Shown here one piece after another: positions 26,372 to 35,762 of a stretch of 64,000 nucleotides of DNA. The stretch's first letter is position 1, and every line of letters begins with the position of its first letter. This stretch comes from a virus. Below the pieces are notes generated by a model, which made no database searches, was not told where the DNA came from, and worked only from the letters and a program-made list of their open reading frames with translations. The stretch is from IMG/VR virus record IMGVR_UViG_3300022074_000019, positions 1-64,000 of that record; one strand, given 5' to 3'. The position numbers and the translations under genes are program-made.

Positions 26372-26492
26372 ATCCCCGAAGAAGAACTACGTCAGGGGTG
26401 CCATCGGGAACCAAAGTTGTGGGGTTTTTTGTAGTTTCCACCCATGTAATTGAATCCCCTGCCGACTGATCATTGGTGGGGGATCCCTTTTA
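26372..26492 (+). ncRNA. Candidate structured small RNA
   Basis: TATAAT at 26362, a GC-rich non-coding segment, and a terminal hairpin with T tract on the + strand. Confidence 0.35.
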
Positions 26493-26714
26493 TTATTTGC
26501 TAATAATATTCTTGTAAAAGTTTGCCTTCTTTTTCATTTTAGGTGTAGCATCAGGATCATTCAGCACTTTATTTGCAAAGGCCTTTCGTCCAGCTGGGGT
26601 GTCTGGGTGACCTGCTTTCGTAGCAGCTGCAGTAAACGTCCCCTTTGTTCCACCTTTTTTGCGGTGCGACATTTTTTCAAATGCTGCCTTGAGTCGATCG
26701 CCAGCTTTACGCAT
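26493..26714 (-). CDS. Lys-rich basic microprotein
   Basis: MRKAGDRLK...KGTFTAAA...KKKANFYKN. Confidence 0.7.
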   Translation of the reverse strand: MRKAGDRLKAAFEKMSHRKKGGTKGTFTAAATKAGHPDTPAGRKAFANKVLNDPDATPKMKKKANFYKNIISK

Positions 26715-26895
26715 TTTTCTTTTTCTTCTCAAAATGCTTACGCAGTTGCGGAGGCATCTTTGAAGTGTCCGTATCTTTTACATCAATCTTGCCATCTTTA
26801 TTGGTGTCCTTCTTTGTAGAATCAGCTTCTTCTTTCTTTTTATCAAAGAATGCCTGAGCCTTTTCTTTTGCTTTAGAGCGATTATTGTTAGACAT
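26707..26895 (-). CDS. Basic microprotein with an EF-hand-like DxNxDG loop
   Basis: DTNKDGKIDVKD. Confidence 0.65.
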   Translation of the reverse strand: MSNNNRSKAKEKAQAFFDKKKEEADSTKKDTNKDGKIDVKDTDTSKMPPQLRKHFEKKKKNA

Positions 26896-26930
26896 TGATA
26901 ATCTGCAGTGCTGTTCTAATTGTAATAAAA

Positions 26931-27185
26931 TTAACGACGATACTTCGCAGTCTTTTTAGCAACATCATCTGGCTGTTTGCTGAACTGTTTGCCTTTGCGA
27001 GCTGCTGCACGTTTTTTAGCAGTGCTCCTGGCGTATTCCTTATCAGACAATGCTTCTCGTGCTTTTTTAGGCAGATAACGCTCACCTGTAGCATTTTTGC
27101 CTTGAGTACTATTTTTGCCAGATTTAGTGCCCCAGTCTTCCTTGGTCCAACTATCTAATGATTTTTGTGATTCACGCTTAGCCAT
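26931..27185 (-). CDS. Basic protein (C-terminal half of a DUF5872-like protein)
   Basis: SLDSWTKEDW...RYLPKKA...ARKGKQF. Confidence 0.7.
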   Translation of the reverse strand: MAKRESQKSLDSWTKEDWGTKSGKNSTQGKNATGERYLPKKAREALSDKEYARSTAKKRAAARKGKQFSKQPDDVAKKTAKYRR

Positions 27186-27397
27186 TAGTCTTTATAGCCT
27201 CCACCTTTTGCTTTGTATTCTTTGGCCATCATTTGGGCTTTACGAGCAGACCATTGCCCAGGTTTGCCGCCTTTGCTGCCAGCTTTGATGCGATTAAAAA
27301 TCTGCTTGCGTAAACCAGGCTTGGTGTAGTTACCTGCCTCATTGACTCGGGATTTAGCTTTTGCTTTTGCTTTCGATCTGGATTCAGCAGACATCAC
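27185..27397 (-). CDS. Basic protein (N-terminal half of a DUF5872-like protein)
   Basis: YTKPGLR...GGKPGQWSARKAQ...YKAKGGGY. Confidence 0.75.
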   Translation of the reverse strand: MMSAESRSKAKAKAKSRVNEAGNYTKPGLRKQIFNRIKAGSKGGKPGQWSARKAQMMAKEYKAKGGGYKD

Positions 27398-27981
27398 ATG
27401 TTCTCCTTAAGTTTAGTTAGACGCAAGGCTTGCTTTTTGTGTTTGTCAGATGCGCCATGAAGCTGCTCGATAATTTCTGACATTTCACTATTAACATCAG
27501 ATTCGTCAGCTGATTTATGCATTTCTTCTTCTGGTGACATTTTATCTTCAATTGGACCACCATGAATCCAAGCGTCACAGGTGCGATCACCTGCACATTT
27601 AAATTTGAACAGTTGGCAATAACCTAAATTTGCATGCTCAATAACATGCCGAGGATCAACATAAGGTTCTTCTTCTGTTCCAATACCTCCGCCAATGCAG
27701 CACATCACCTTCCAAGTTTGATCAAAGGCTCCACAGTTGCCACACCGAGCAGACATTGCTTCACAGATGTCTGTCTTAAACAGATCTGCTTTCTGTTGCC
27801 AAAACTCTTCGTTTGGATAGTCAGGATTCAAAGGACCGTAATTAAAATTCTCAATGGTCCAATTCCTATTTTTTGTATTTTCATGCACATCCGTGGTTGC
27901 CAACGGGCATGATTCTTTGTGATAAGTTACATGTTTACCAAGCATTGCTTGGGCTTGTCTTTCAGAATAATCCATTACCAC
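27394..27981 (-). CDS. Cys-rich metal-binding protein
   Basis: CGNCGAF...GYC...KCAGDRTCDAW. Confidence 0.7.
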   Translation of the reverse strand: MVMDYSERQAQAMLGKHVTYHKESCPLATTDVHENTKNRNWTIENFNYGPLNPDYPNEEFWQQKADLFKTDICEAMSARCGNCGAFDQTWKVMCCIGGGIGTEEEPYVDPRHVIEHANLGYCQLFKFKCAGDRTCDAWIHGGPIEDKMSPEEEMHKSADESDVNSEMSEIIEQLHGASDKHKKQALRLTKLKENM

Positions 27982-28250
27982 TTCACCTTATGTGACCAAT
28001 AACGTGCAGACAATTTACTGGGCTTTGAATCTTGTGCATTGTGTCGAGCGTAGTAAGACTTTTTGCGTGCCTTATCTTTGGCCGACTTAGGATTTTTACC
28101 AGCACCTTTTACGCCCTGTTGACCAAAACGAATCAACTTTTCAGTGCTGCCTACTTTTGCAAGTACTGCATGGGATTTTTTCGGATGATTAGGTGTACGT
28201 TTTGGCTTATTATAGCCAGAAAAAACTTCACCCGCTTTACGAATAGCCAT
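27975..28250 (-). CDS. Basic conserved-type phage microprotein
   Basis: YNKPKRTP, IRFGQ, SYYARH and ARYWSHKVKW. Confidence 0.75.
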   Translation of the reverse strand: MAIRKAGEVFSGYNKPKRTPNHPKKSHAVLAKVGSTEKLIRFGQQGVKGAGKNPKSAKDKARKKSYYARHNAQDSKPSKLSARYWSHKVKW

Positions 28251-28271
28251 GCTATTGCTTACGCTACTACC

Positions 28272-28415
28272 CTATTTTAGCGGCTCTAAAGGATCATCTT
28301 TGCCAGCACAGATAGCAACTGCTCGCTTGTAAAACATATTATCTCGTTTCTCTTCTGGAAGGGTTTCAAAATACTCTTTTACTTTTTCCCAATTGGTAAG
28401 TTCGTCTGGAGACAT
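28272..28415 (-). CDS. Small hypothetical protein, 47 aa
   Basis: MSPDELTNWEKVK...MFYKRAVAI. Confidence 0.6.
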   Translation of the reverse strand: MSPDELTNWEKVKEYFETLPEEKRDNMFYKRAVAICAGKDDPLEPLK

Positions 28416-28684
28416 TATTCAGTAGAGGCAAGGAACTCCATCTCGGCATGCATTTGATCACTAAGAGAAGACACCTGCGCACAGGCACCAAGAATTAATC
28501 CACGTTGATTTGGTGTCAGTTTAGCGTCAATAGCATCTTCTGATAGGACAGCAGCAATGTCTCCAAGAGACATAATAATTGCAGGCAAACCCCACTTTTC
28601 CACCAATCCATGCATAACTGAAAGAAGTGGATTATCACCACTTTCAATTGCATCCCAAAATTCTTGGCGTTCCTCGTTCGTCAT
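28415..28684 (-). CDS. Hypothetical protein
   Basis: ATG ORF coupled to the downstream gene. Confidence 0.65.
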   Translation of the reverse strand: MTNEERQEFWDAIESGDNPLLSVMHGLVEKWGLPAIIMSLGDIAAVLSEDAIDAKLTPNQRGLILGACAQVSSLSDQMHAEMEFLASTE

Positions 28685-28749
28685 TAATTACATCCAAGGG
28701 TTGCTTACATTCTACAAGTTAGAATTGTGGTATACGATTTAGAATCAAT

Positions 28750-29517
28750 ATGGCCAAACTAACCTTAGAAACATTTAAAAACTTTTTCAAGTATTACAAC
28801 GAAGAAGAGCATCAAATTCGTGCCATTGAAGAATTATATTCTGGATTAGAAGGCAATGTTTGCACTGTCTATCTTGATGATCAAAGTGATTGGGTTCTGA
28901 AGTACCGAAATAAAGTTAAACAACCCACTGAGTCTATTCCAGAAAAACAGTGGCCAATTACTAAAAATCAAATGGCAAGTATTATGGGATGTAAATCCAG
29001 CAGCTTGTCAGATGAATTAATGAATGACTTTGCTCGTTGTGTTGATCTCTACGACATGGATCTTAAGAGCATTGCATATTTTCTTGGCCAGTGTGCTCAT
29101 GAAAGTGCAGGACTTAAGTGTGACGTAGAAATTCATGATGGATCAAACTACGAATGGCGTAGAGATTTAGGCAATATTTATCCCGGTGATGGTGTCAAGT
29201 TTGCTGGAACTGGCTGGATTCAAGTAACCGGACGTTATAACCATCAGGCTTTCTCTGATTATCTACAAAAGAAAGGTGAGTACGATTCTAAAATTATGGA
29301 AGTTGGCAAAACCCACACCAGTAAAAAATACCCGTGGTCAATTAGCGGGCATTGGTGGTATAACAACAAGTTGAACGAATATTGTCAAAGCAATCCACCC
29401 GTCGACCGTGTGGGTCAGCGGGTGAATGGTCGTTATTTACCTAACGGCTATGAAGCACGTAGACACTACAGCAAAGCATCTTTCGATGTGCTTGGACTAC
29501 AGTATCCAGGGAACTGA
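28750..29517 (+). CDS. GH19 (chitinase-like) endolysin
   Basis: FLGQCAHESAG, DLGN, GDG and GWIQVTGRYN. Confidence 0.85.
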   Translation: MAKLTLETFKNFFKYYNEEEHQIRAIEELYSGLEGNVCTVYLDDQSDWVLKYRNKVKQPTESIPEKQWPITKNQMASIMGCKSSSLSDELMNDFARCVDLYDMDLKSIAYFLGQCAHESAGLKCDVEIHDGSNYEWRRDLGNIYPGDGVKFAGTGWIQVTGRYNHQAFSDYLQKKGEYDSKIMEVGKTHTSKKYPWSISGHWWYNNKLNEYCQSNPPVDRVGQRVNGRYLPNGYEARRHYSKASFDVLGLQYPGN

Positions 29518-29688
29518 TCACTCAGACGTTTCTTCTTTTTCGACTTCTTCTTCAGGACTAAACTCAAGAGTTTCAATCAGTCGCTGAAGATAGGAAGCGG
29601 AGAACTGCTGAAGTTTTCCGTCACCAGTTGATCGAGCGGCGGCGTAAGAGTTGATCGCTTCTACCAATTCAGATTGTTTGCAGGACAT
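29518..29688 (-). CDS. Small hypothetical protein, 56 aa
   Basis: MSCKQSELVEAINSYAAAR... Confidence 0.6.
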   Translation of the reverse strand: MSCKQSELVEAINSYAAARSTGDGKLQQFSASYLQRLIETLEFSPEEEVEKEETSE

Positions 29689-29718
29689 TTCTATAGATTA
29701 ATCAAGTTTTAATCTAAC

Positions 29719-29742
29719 AAAAAGCCCCAGTTAAGGGGCTTT
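29719..29742 (-). terminator. Intrinsic terminator after the tail fibre gene
   Basis: AAAGCCCC/GGGGCTTT stem with a T tract on the - strand. Confidence 0.7.
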
Positions 29743-29765
29743 GGCTGCAGGGTTTATCACAATAA

Positions 29766-31913
29766 TCAAGCAATGCCAGCATCCACTAAGCGGCGCTCAA
29801 GAGCTTCAACCTTAGCGATTGTTTCTTGCAGAGCAGCAGTAAGCAGTGGCACTAATTTGCCTGGATCGATACCTTGTGGAGAAATAATTGACTTTGTTTC
29901 TGTAACTGCTTCAGTCAAAACGTTACCATCTTCGTCCAAAACTGCTGGCGTTACTTCGACTTCTTGCTCTTCCATCGCATCTTTTTCGCCAAACACTGCT
30001 TCTGGAACGACGTCAGACAGTTCGTGAGCAATGAAGCCATCAATAGTTTGACCGGGTTCTGCAATAAAGTTAAATCGACAAGGTGTCAATAACTTAAAGC
30101 GATCAATACCATCCGATAGACTTGTCACATTTTCCTTCAAACGATAATCTGAAGTAGTGACAAAAGTAGCGTTTGACGTTGTGACATCAATTCTGCCAAC
30201 TTGCGTTCCACTACGGAAAAATCTTATAAGATTTCCATTCGAGTTTCTATTACAAAAGAGGGAAGCCTGAGTGCTTCTTGATATAAATAATGACGTTCCG
30301 GTGCTGTTTTTTTCAAAATTTGCACCAATTGTTGTGTTATTAAAGCCGGGGACAGAAGACGAATTTTGATGGATAAGTATGTGGCCGCTCGAGCTTATGC
30401 GCATCTGTTCCGCAGGCGTATTGCTTGCGGATGTATAAAACTCCAGATCGGCATAGTTTCCTGCTGTATCTTGACGTGATTTAATTGCTGCTGTTCGCGC
30501 AAAATCATTGCCACCGCCGTTGTTTGGGGTGAGGTAAAGAGCAACGTTTGTATTAACACCTGAGCCTGTGTTTTGGATGCACATTGTGCCTCCTTGACCG
30601 CCTGAGTTAATGCCTCGCGCCGTTACTTGAGCGATTGGGCTACCCGTCCCAATACCAACGTTGCCATTAGAAGCGATGCGCACTCTTTCGCCACCATTGA
30701 CAACTGCACGAAAATCATTACTTAATGTTTGTAAGTAAGTAGTACTTGTAGTTCCCGAATCTGCAAAATGTAATTTACATGAACCACCCGTTGTAGTAAG
30801 AGATAATACATCCCCCCCACTCGCAACAATATCTAATTGGCTACTCGGGTTACTCGTGCCAATACCAACCTTGCCGGTGGCACCGATGCGCATTCTTTCT
30901 TGGCCGCCGTCGTTGTTAGTGGCGTCACCATGGGTTCTCGTAAAGAACGCTAGATCTGCACCACTAGAGCCACCTTTGCGTATGGCACTAATTTTTGCAT
31001 TCTTATTACCAGGCCCGCCACTACCGCTTACTCTAAACTCGATGCTTCCATATAGATCACCGTTGTTGGGGGCTGAACTAAAGATACTTATTCTTTGATC
31101 AGTATCAGATGCACTACCTACTGTAAGTTTTGTTGCAGGGGCAGCCGTGCCAATACCAACGTTGCCGCTGGTGCCGACAATCCTGAATCTTTCAGTCCCG
31201 CGAGTATTCAGAATAAAACTGCTCTGCGAACTGGTGGCGGCATCATCTACATTTAAAGCAACGTTACCAGCACTACTGTTTGCATTAATATCAAAATGAA
31301 CGTTTGTAGTTGTGTCCGTAAAACGCATTTGCGGATTTGAACTACTTAAATGTAATGTTTTAAGAGGATCAGCCGTGCCAATACCGACGTTGCCACTGGA
31401 ATCGATGCGCACCCGTTCGGTTACGGATGAATTTGCAGAGGAAGTGCCGAAAGCAATCTCGCCATCATCTTCATTTGCCGAATCGAGACCGTTGCGGAAA
31501 TCGATTCTAGAGACGGTGTTACCGTTCCACTGTCCAAGAATCTGACCACCAATCACATCAGAACTTCTGGCGTTGTCTACCGAAAATTTTGCGGAGCTGT
31601 TAGCCGTAGCCCTAGCAAGAATAGTAGGACTAGTATCTACGACTTCAATCTTTTCTGAAGGACTGTTCGTCCCAATACCAACGTTCCCACCTGTCACGTT
31701 GACGCCAGCAGAGAACTCACACGTTCCAGTAACTGGGTCATTACTTGAATCAAGTTTTAGAAAACGAGCGTCAAGTGTAGTTAGTCCGGTAGCTTGAAAA
31801 GATCCAGACCAGAATCCATTAGGTGGTGTGCCTACATAAGTGTAAATAACACCGTTATCTGCTTCAAACGTTTGTCCGTTAGATGTTGCAGTAGGAAAAT
31901 TAATCTGGGCCAT
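29766..31913 (-). CDS. Tail fibre with a C-terminal peptidase S74 intramolecular chaperone
   Basis: GNVGIGT repeats; SDYRLKEN, GFIAHE and LVPLLTAALQE. Confidence 0.9.
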   Translation of the reverse strand: MAQINFPTATSNGQTFEADNGVIYTYVGTPPNGFWSGSFQATGLTTLDARFLKLDSSNDPVTGTCEFSAGVNVTGGNVGIGTNSPSEKIEVVDTSPTILARATANSSAKFSVDNARSSDVIGGQILGQWNGNTVSRIDFRNGLDSANEDDGEIAFGTSSANSSVTERVRIDSSGNVGIGTADPLKTLHLSSSNPQMRFTDTTTNVHFDINANSSAGNVALNVDDAATSSQSSFILNTRGTERFRIVGTSGNVGIGTAAPATKLTVGSASDTDQRISIFSSAPNNGDLYGSIEFRVSGSGGPGNKNAKISAIRKGGSSGADLAFFTRTHGDATNNDGGQERMRIGATGKVGIGTSNPSSQLDIVASGGDVLSLTTTGGSCKLHFADSGTTSTTYLQTLSNDFRAVVNGGERVRIASNGNVGIGTGSPIAQVTARGINSGGQGGTMCIQNTGSGVNTNVALYLTPNNGGGNDFARTAAIKSRQDTAGNYADLEFYTSASNTPAEQMRISSSGHILIHQNSSSVPGFNNTTIGANFEKNSTGTSLFISRSTQASLFCNRNSNGNLIRFFRSGTQVGRIDVTTSNATFVTTSDYRLKENVTSLSDGIDRFKLLTPCRFNFIAEPGQTIDGFIAHELSDVVPEAVFGEKDAMEEQEVEVTPAVLDEDGNVLTEAVTETKSIISPQGIDPGKLVPLLTAALQETIAKVEALERRLVDAGIA

Positions 31914-31948
31914 TTCTGTTTCCTTTAGATACTTCTATTGTATTGAAA

Positions 31949-32209
31949 TCACTCAGCAGGGACTTCTTCAACTTCAGCAATGCTTGCTTCATAAGCAGCA
32001 ACAACTGCAGGAGTCCAAAGAGCATCAGCAATTACTTTAACTTCATCAGGGGCTTCACTCAAGTCAGAGCCAGGAACAAAGACTGAGCGGTGATACTGAC
32101 GACCAACTTCTTCGCCATCACGTTCGACAACGGTAGCAACACGCAGTTGGATTGTTTGATCAGGAAGAATTTCTTCTTTAAGTTCTAGGCGTTCGGTATA
32201 AGTAGCCAT
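31949..32209 (-). CDS. Tail fibre-associated small protein
   Basis: Lies between two fibre genes. Confidence 0.65.
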   Translation of the reverse strand: MATYTERLELKEEILPDQTIQLRVATVVERDGEEVGRQYHRSVFVPGSDLSEAPDEVKVIADALWTPAVVAAYEASIAEVEEVPAE

Positions 32210-32275
32210 ATTAGGAACCCACGACTGTGGGAGACAGGTTTAATAGCCGTAGTTTTGTGCCGTTGCGGGCAATAA

Positions 32276-34105
32276 TCAAGCCCCAGTGAAGTATTGTATT
32301 GAGAAAAATAGAGAAATACCACTACTACTGCAGCTAGATCCATTGACGTTTGCGGTAGTAGTAGTGCTGAGATTAAATTGCAGATCAGCTTTATTATTGA
32401 ATTGCAGCATAACAAGCCCATTTGGTGCTCTATTGCTTGCACTATTGCCAAATCCAGTGTAAATGCCGACTGTTCCAGAACCCCTCTCATTTCCTGAATT
32501 AACATTGTTGAAAGGAAGTCCATTTACCCTTAATGCATTGCCAGATGAATTGGTTGAACTGCATAAGATACGTCCAGTGACAGAGACTAGACCGCCGACC
32601 TTGGTGTATTTACCGGTGCTTGTAGTATAAACTGCAGAGAAATTACCATCAGCACTTTCAAGTTGAGGGGTAAATAATCCTTCTTCGTAATCGTCTAATG
32701 CGTTTGCTGCTGCGGTGTCAGCGCCGAACTTAAGACCATCAATGTCAACACGAATTCTTTGGACCCTTGAGGTGAAAAAGCCTAAAAAATCGCCATTGTG
32801 ATGATATCTAATTCGTCCCATATCAGCGTGATCGTCATCACCAAAATCAATCCCGGCAATTTGTGCAGTACCGGTCCTCATTCTAATGAGCTGACTTGAT
32901 CCACCAAAAGCTCCTAACGTAAGTATTCCCTCTGGATCACTATTCCCAATACCAACGTGGCCATCAGAAGCGATGCGCATTTTTTCACTATTGTCAACAG
33001 CAAATATAATTGTGCTGTCTGCTTTTGCATTACCTTTGTCGGCATTAAATTTTAAACTTGCTGCATTCCCGTCAATTTCAGAATGACCGTCAACAGTGTC
33101 AGTAAGCCTAATGTTTGGCGCTGTAGATGCTAAATCCAACAGTTGAGAAGGACTTGTTGTACCTATACCAACTCTTGAATCAGTAATTGCAACGACTGTA
33201 CTGGCTCTGCTGTTATGACTAATCTTTAACTGATCTAAAGATCTATCTGCCCAAATTTGCCAGTTGCGTTGACCTTGGTTTTCAATAAACAAGCCAGCGC
33301 TGTTAGTTCCAGTATTGGTTGCAGATACTTTGATTTGTGGATTACTAGCACCTCGAACGTCTAACAACATGCTGGGACTACTCGTCCCAATACCAACGTT
33401 GCCGCTGGAAGTGATGCGCATGGCTTCGGAGTTATTGGTAGCGATTGCTAGGTAATCTCCATTATGGTTGTATTGAAGATAGCCAGCGTATTCACCCAAT
33501 CCAGTGGTGCCATCAGCAAACATAAGGGTACCGCGATGACTGGTGCCTGAAGCAATAGTGATACCACGGTCACCTGTTCCAGCTTCTCCAACAACTAAAT
33601 TATTTGAGGTAGAGTCGTAATCATTAGGAGTACTCGTCCCTATACCAACGTTGCCTCCAGTAATATTCAAGCCACCAGTAATGGGATCATTTCCTGAATT
33701 CAACATCAGGTAACGATCGTCAAGTGTGCCTGATTGAGAATTACTATTAGTTGTATCTGGTAGAACAGTAGGATCCCAACTATCAGGGCTGGCATCTACC
33801 CACTGAGAACTATCAGCATCCGTGTAATAAATATACAGACGACCGTCATCTGAGTTATACCACAAATTTCCGGACTGCGGATTAGAGGGTGGTGTCGTAG
33901 TGGCAGGAAGTTCTACTTGTCCATCATCCGCGATATTTCCTACACCACTAATTCTAATAACGTTGTTATTACTGTCTTTTAAAAAGATTGCAGGATCATC
34001 TGTGTTGTAGTTAATTGCAAGTTCGCCGTATTCCAACTGACTAGCAGTAGGCGTTTTTGCAGAACCACTGGCCAGCACATTTGAGCGCTTAAGTTGAAGT
34101 CTCAT
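32276..34105 (-). CDS. Tail fibre protein
   Basis: LQLKRS...GELAINY N-terminus, GNVGIGT repeats and an LDDYEEG C-terminal domain. Confidence 0.85.
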   Translation of the reverse strand: MRLQLKRSNVLASGSAKTPTASQLEYGELAINYNTDDPAIFLKDSNNNVIRISGVGNIADDGQVELPATTTPPSNPQSGNLWYNSDDGRLYIYYTDADSSQWVDASPDSWDPTVLPDTTNSNSQSGTLDDRYLMLNSGNDPITGGLNITGGNVGIGTSTPNDYDSTSNNLVVGEAGTGDRGITIASGTSHRGTLMFADGTTGLGEYAGYLQYNHNGDYLAIATNNSEAMRITSSGNVGIGTSSPSMLLDVRGASNPQIKVSATNTGTNSAGLFIENQGQRNWQIWADRSLDQLKISHNSRASTVVAITDSRVGIGTTSPSQLLDLASTAPNIRLTDTVDGHSEIDGNAASLKFNADKGNAKADSTIIFAVDNSEKMRIASDGHVGIGNSDPEGILTLGAFGGSSQLIRMRTGTAQIAGIDFGDDDHADMGRIRYHHNGDFLGFFTSRVQRIRVDIDGLKFGADTAAANALDDYEEGLFTPQLESADGNFSAVYTTSTGKYTKVGGLVSVTGRILCSSTNSSGNALRVNGLPFNNVNSGNERGSGTVGIYTGFGNSASNRAPNGLVMLQFNNKADLQFNLSTTTTANVNGSSCSSSGISLFFSIQYFTGA

Positions 34106-34151
34106 GGTAACAACCTATAACTACTGGATAAAAATCCTGATACTATTCTAA

Positions 34152-35213
34152 TCAATACGATCCACCATCTAACACATAGTTGGCATCATCTAAGGCTGCT
34201 CTAAGTGATGATGGAGCAACTGCCGCTGCTGACTCTGTTCCTGCAATTGCTTCTGAGTTAGTTGCCAAACGAACAAGACCTTTTGTAGTTGTAGTTCCAT
34301 CGACAATTTGTATTCCGCCTAAGCGTGTTTCAAGGGCTGCCGGAGTGACAACAGTATTTGTAGAGGTTCCCGCTGTCATTTCAGCAGAAGTTGCAATACG
34401 AATTGTCCCGTCAGCCGTCTGAGATGCGTAGTTGATATCAAAATCAAAAACTGTTCCAGTTTGTTGAACTGTTAATGGAAGATTTACAGTTACGTCAACA
34501 TCACCAACGACTTGAGCAACTTGAGCAGGTGTAACTGCGGTTGTATTGTTTGTCCCTGTAGATAGTTCAGATGCAGTAGCAATACGGATTACTCCGTTAG
34601 AAGAATCTGTTGCATATGGAATTGCATCAATCGCATCTTTTACTTGTTTAGGATTAACTGCAACATTCTCTACTGTGCCAGCAGTTACTTCTGAATCAGT
34701 TGCAATTTGAATAACACCGTTTGCACCGCTGGTAGCGTAAGCAACTGTAACTTGAAAATTGTTGTCACTTGTCTCTGTTACTTGAATTGGAGCAACACCA
34801 GATACAACAACACCATTCAAGGCAAAGACCATTTGATCTGGAGTTACTGCTGCAGCAACTGAAGATCCAGCAAGTGCTTCTGCATTAGTTGCAAAACGAA
34901 CAATGCCTTTATCTGTAGTATTGCCAGAGTTTATTTTAATAACTTGATTGTCTAAATAAACTGGTAGTTGTGCAGTTAATGTGACATTACTTACTGAGGT
35001 ATTTACAAATCCAACAGTGGCTGCATCCGTATTGGCACTAGGAGTTCCGTTAATAGTGACATTACCTGAAAAGCTACCTGTGGTAAAAGTAACGTTTTGC
35101 GTAAAATCAGCACCTGCAAATCGTGAGTCTGAATCAATAAACAGACGATCTGTTGACTGCAAGACTTCTTGATAGCCTACAGGATTGAGAACAGTAATTC
35201 TTCTGTCAGCCAT
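34152..35213 (-). CDS. Fibre-like structural protein with GxxxxAT...AVTP repeats
   Basis: Five repeats, e.g. GIVRFATNAEA...AVTP. Confidence 0.7.
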   Translation of the reverse strand: MADRRITVLNPVGYQEVLQSTDRLFIDSDSRFAGADFTQNVTFTTGSFSGNVTINGTPSANTDAATVGFVNTSVSNVTLTAQLPVYLDNQVIKINSGNTTDKGIVRFATNAEALAGSSVAAAVTPDQMVFALNGVVVSGVAPIQVTETSDNNFQVTVAYATSGANGVIQIATDSEVTAGTVENVAVNPKQVKDAIDAIPYATDSSNGVIRIATASELSTGTNNTTAVTPAQVAQVVGDVDVTVNLPLTVQQTGTVFDFDINYASQTADGTIRIATSAEMTAGTSTNTVVTPAALETRLGGIQIVDGTTTTKGLVRLATNSEAIAGTESAAAVAPSSLRAALDDANYVLDGGSY

Positions 35214-35214
35214 A

Positions 35215-35739
35215 TCAAATTACCAAGGGTGCAGAAATTTCAATGTTCATTTCATTAGTGTCTAGGGCTACACCAGCTTGAATGAGAACAGATCCTGCTG
35301 TAGTTGTATCAGGAGTTGTAGTGTAGTTGCCTGGTGTTGTAGAACTTAAGTAATACAACGTACCTGGCGTAAGATTGGCTGGAGAACCATCAACTACTGC
35401 TGAAGCAGAAAGAGATGTAATAGGCAACGAACTTGTGTAAGTGACAGTCGTCCCGCCTGTGGCTGTCGTTGTTGCTGCACCAGCTATTCGTGCTGTCGAG
35501 AGAGACGATGCATCAGCAAGAGCAGCTTGTCCAGTAGAAGTCAAATACAGCAGAGATCCAACCTGTGCAATGTTTCCAGAAGCCATTGTTGCGGTGAACA
35601 AGAACTCGGATGTGTTTTGGTTTGGATTAACAACATTGTCATCTCCAGTTAGCCGCCAAGTTCCGGGGCCTTGACCGGTTGGCTGTAGATAAATCCAAGC
35701 ACGACCGAATTCGGTTTTGGTGTCACCTACGGATGGCAT
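35215..35739 (-). CDS. Structural (decoration/cement-like) protein
   Basis: Thr/Ala-rich; LTPGTLYYLS. Confidence 0.6.
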   Translation of the reverse strand: MPSVGDTKTEFGRAWIYLQPTGQGPGTWRLTGDDNVVNPNQNTSEFLFTATMASGNIAQVGSLLYLTSTGQAALADASSLSTARIAGAATTTATGGTTVTYTSSLPITSLSASAVVDGSPANLTPGTLYYLSSTTPGNYTTTPDTTTAGSVLIQAGVALDTNEMNIEISAPLVI

Positions 35740-35762
35740 CTGTTACTACACAACATCTTTTA

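Noticed and set aside
29766-34105. Nucleotide repeats (CCAATACCAACGTTGCC-like) in the fibre genes, possibly a DGR or shufflon
   Set aside because: They encode the GNVGIGT protein repeat. No reverse transcriptase, template/variable repeat pair or inverted cassettes were seen.
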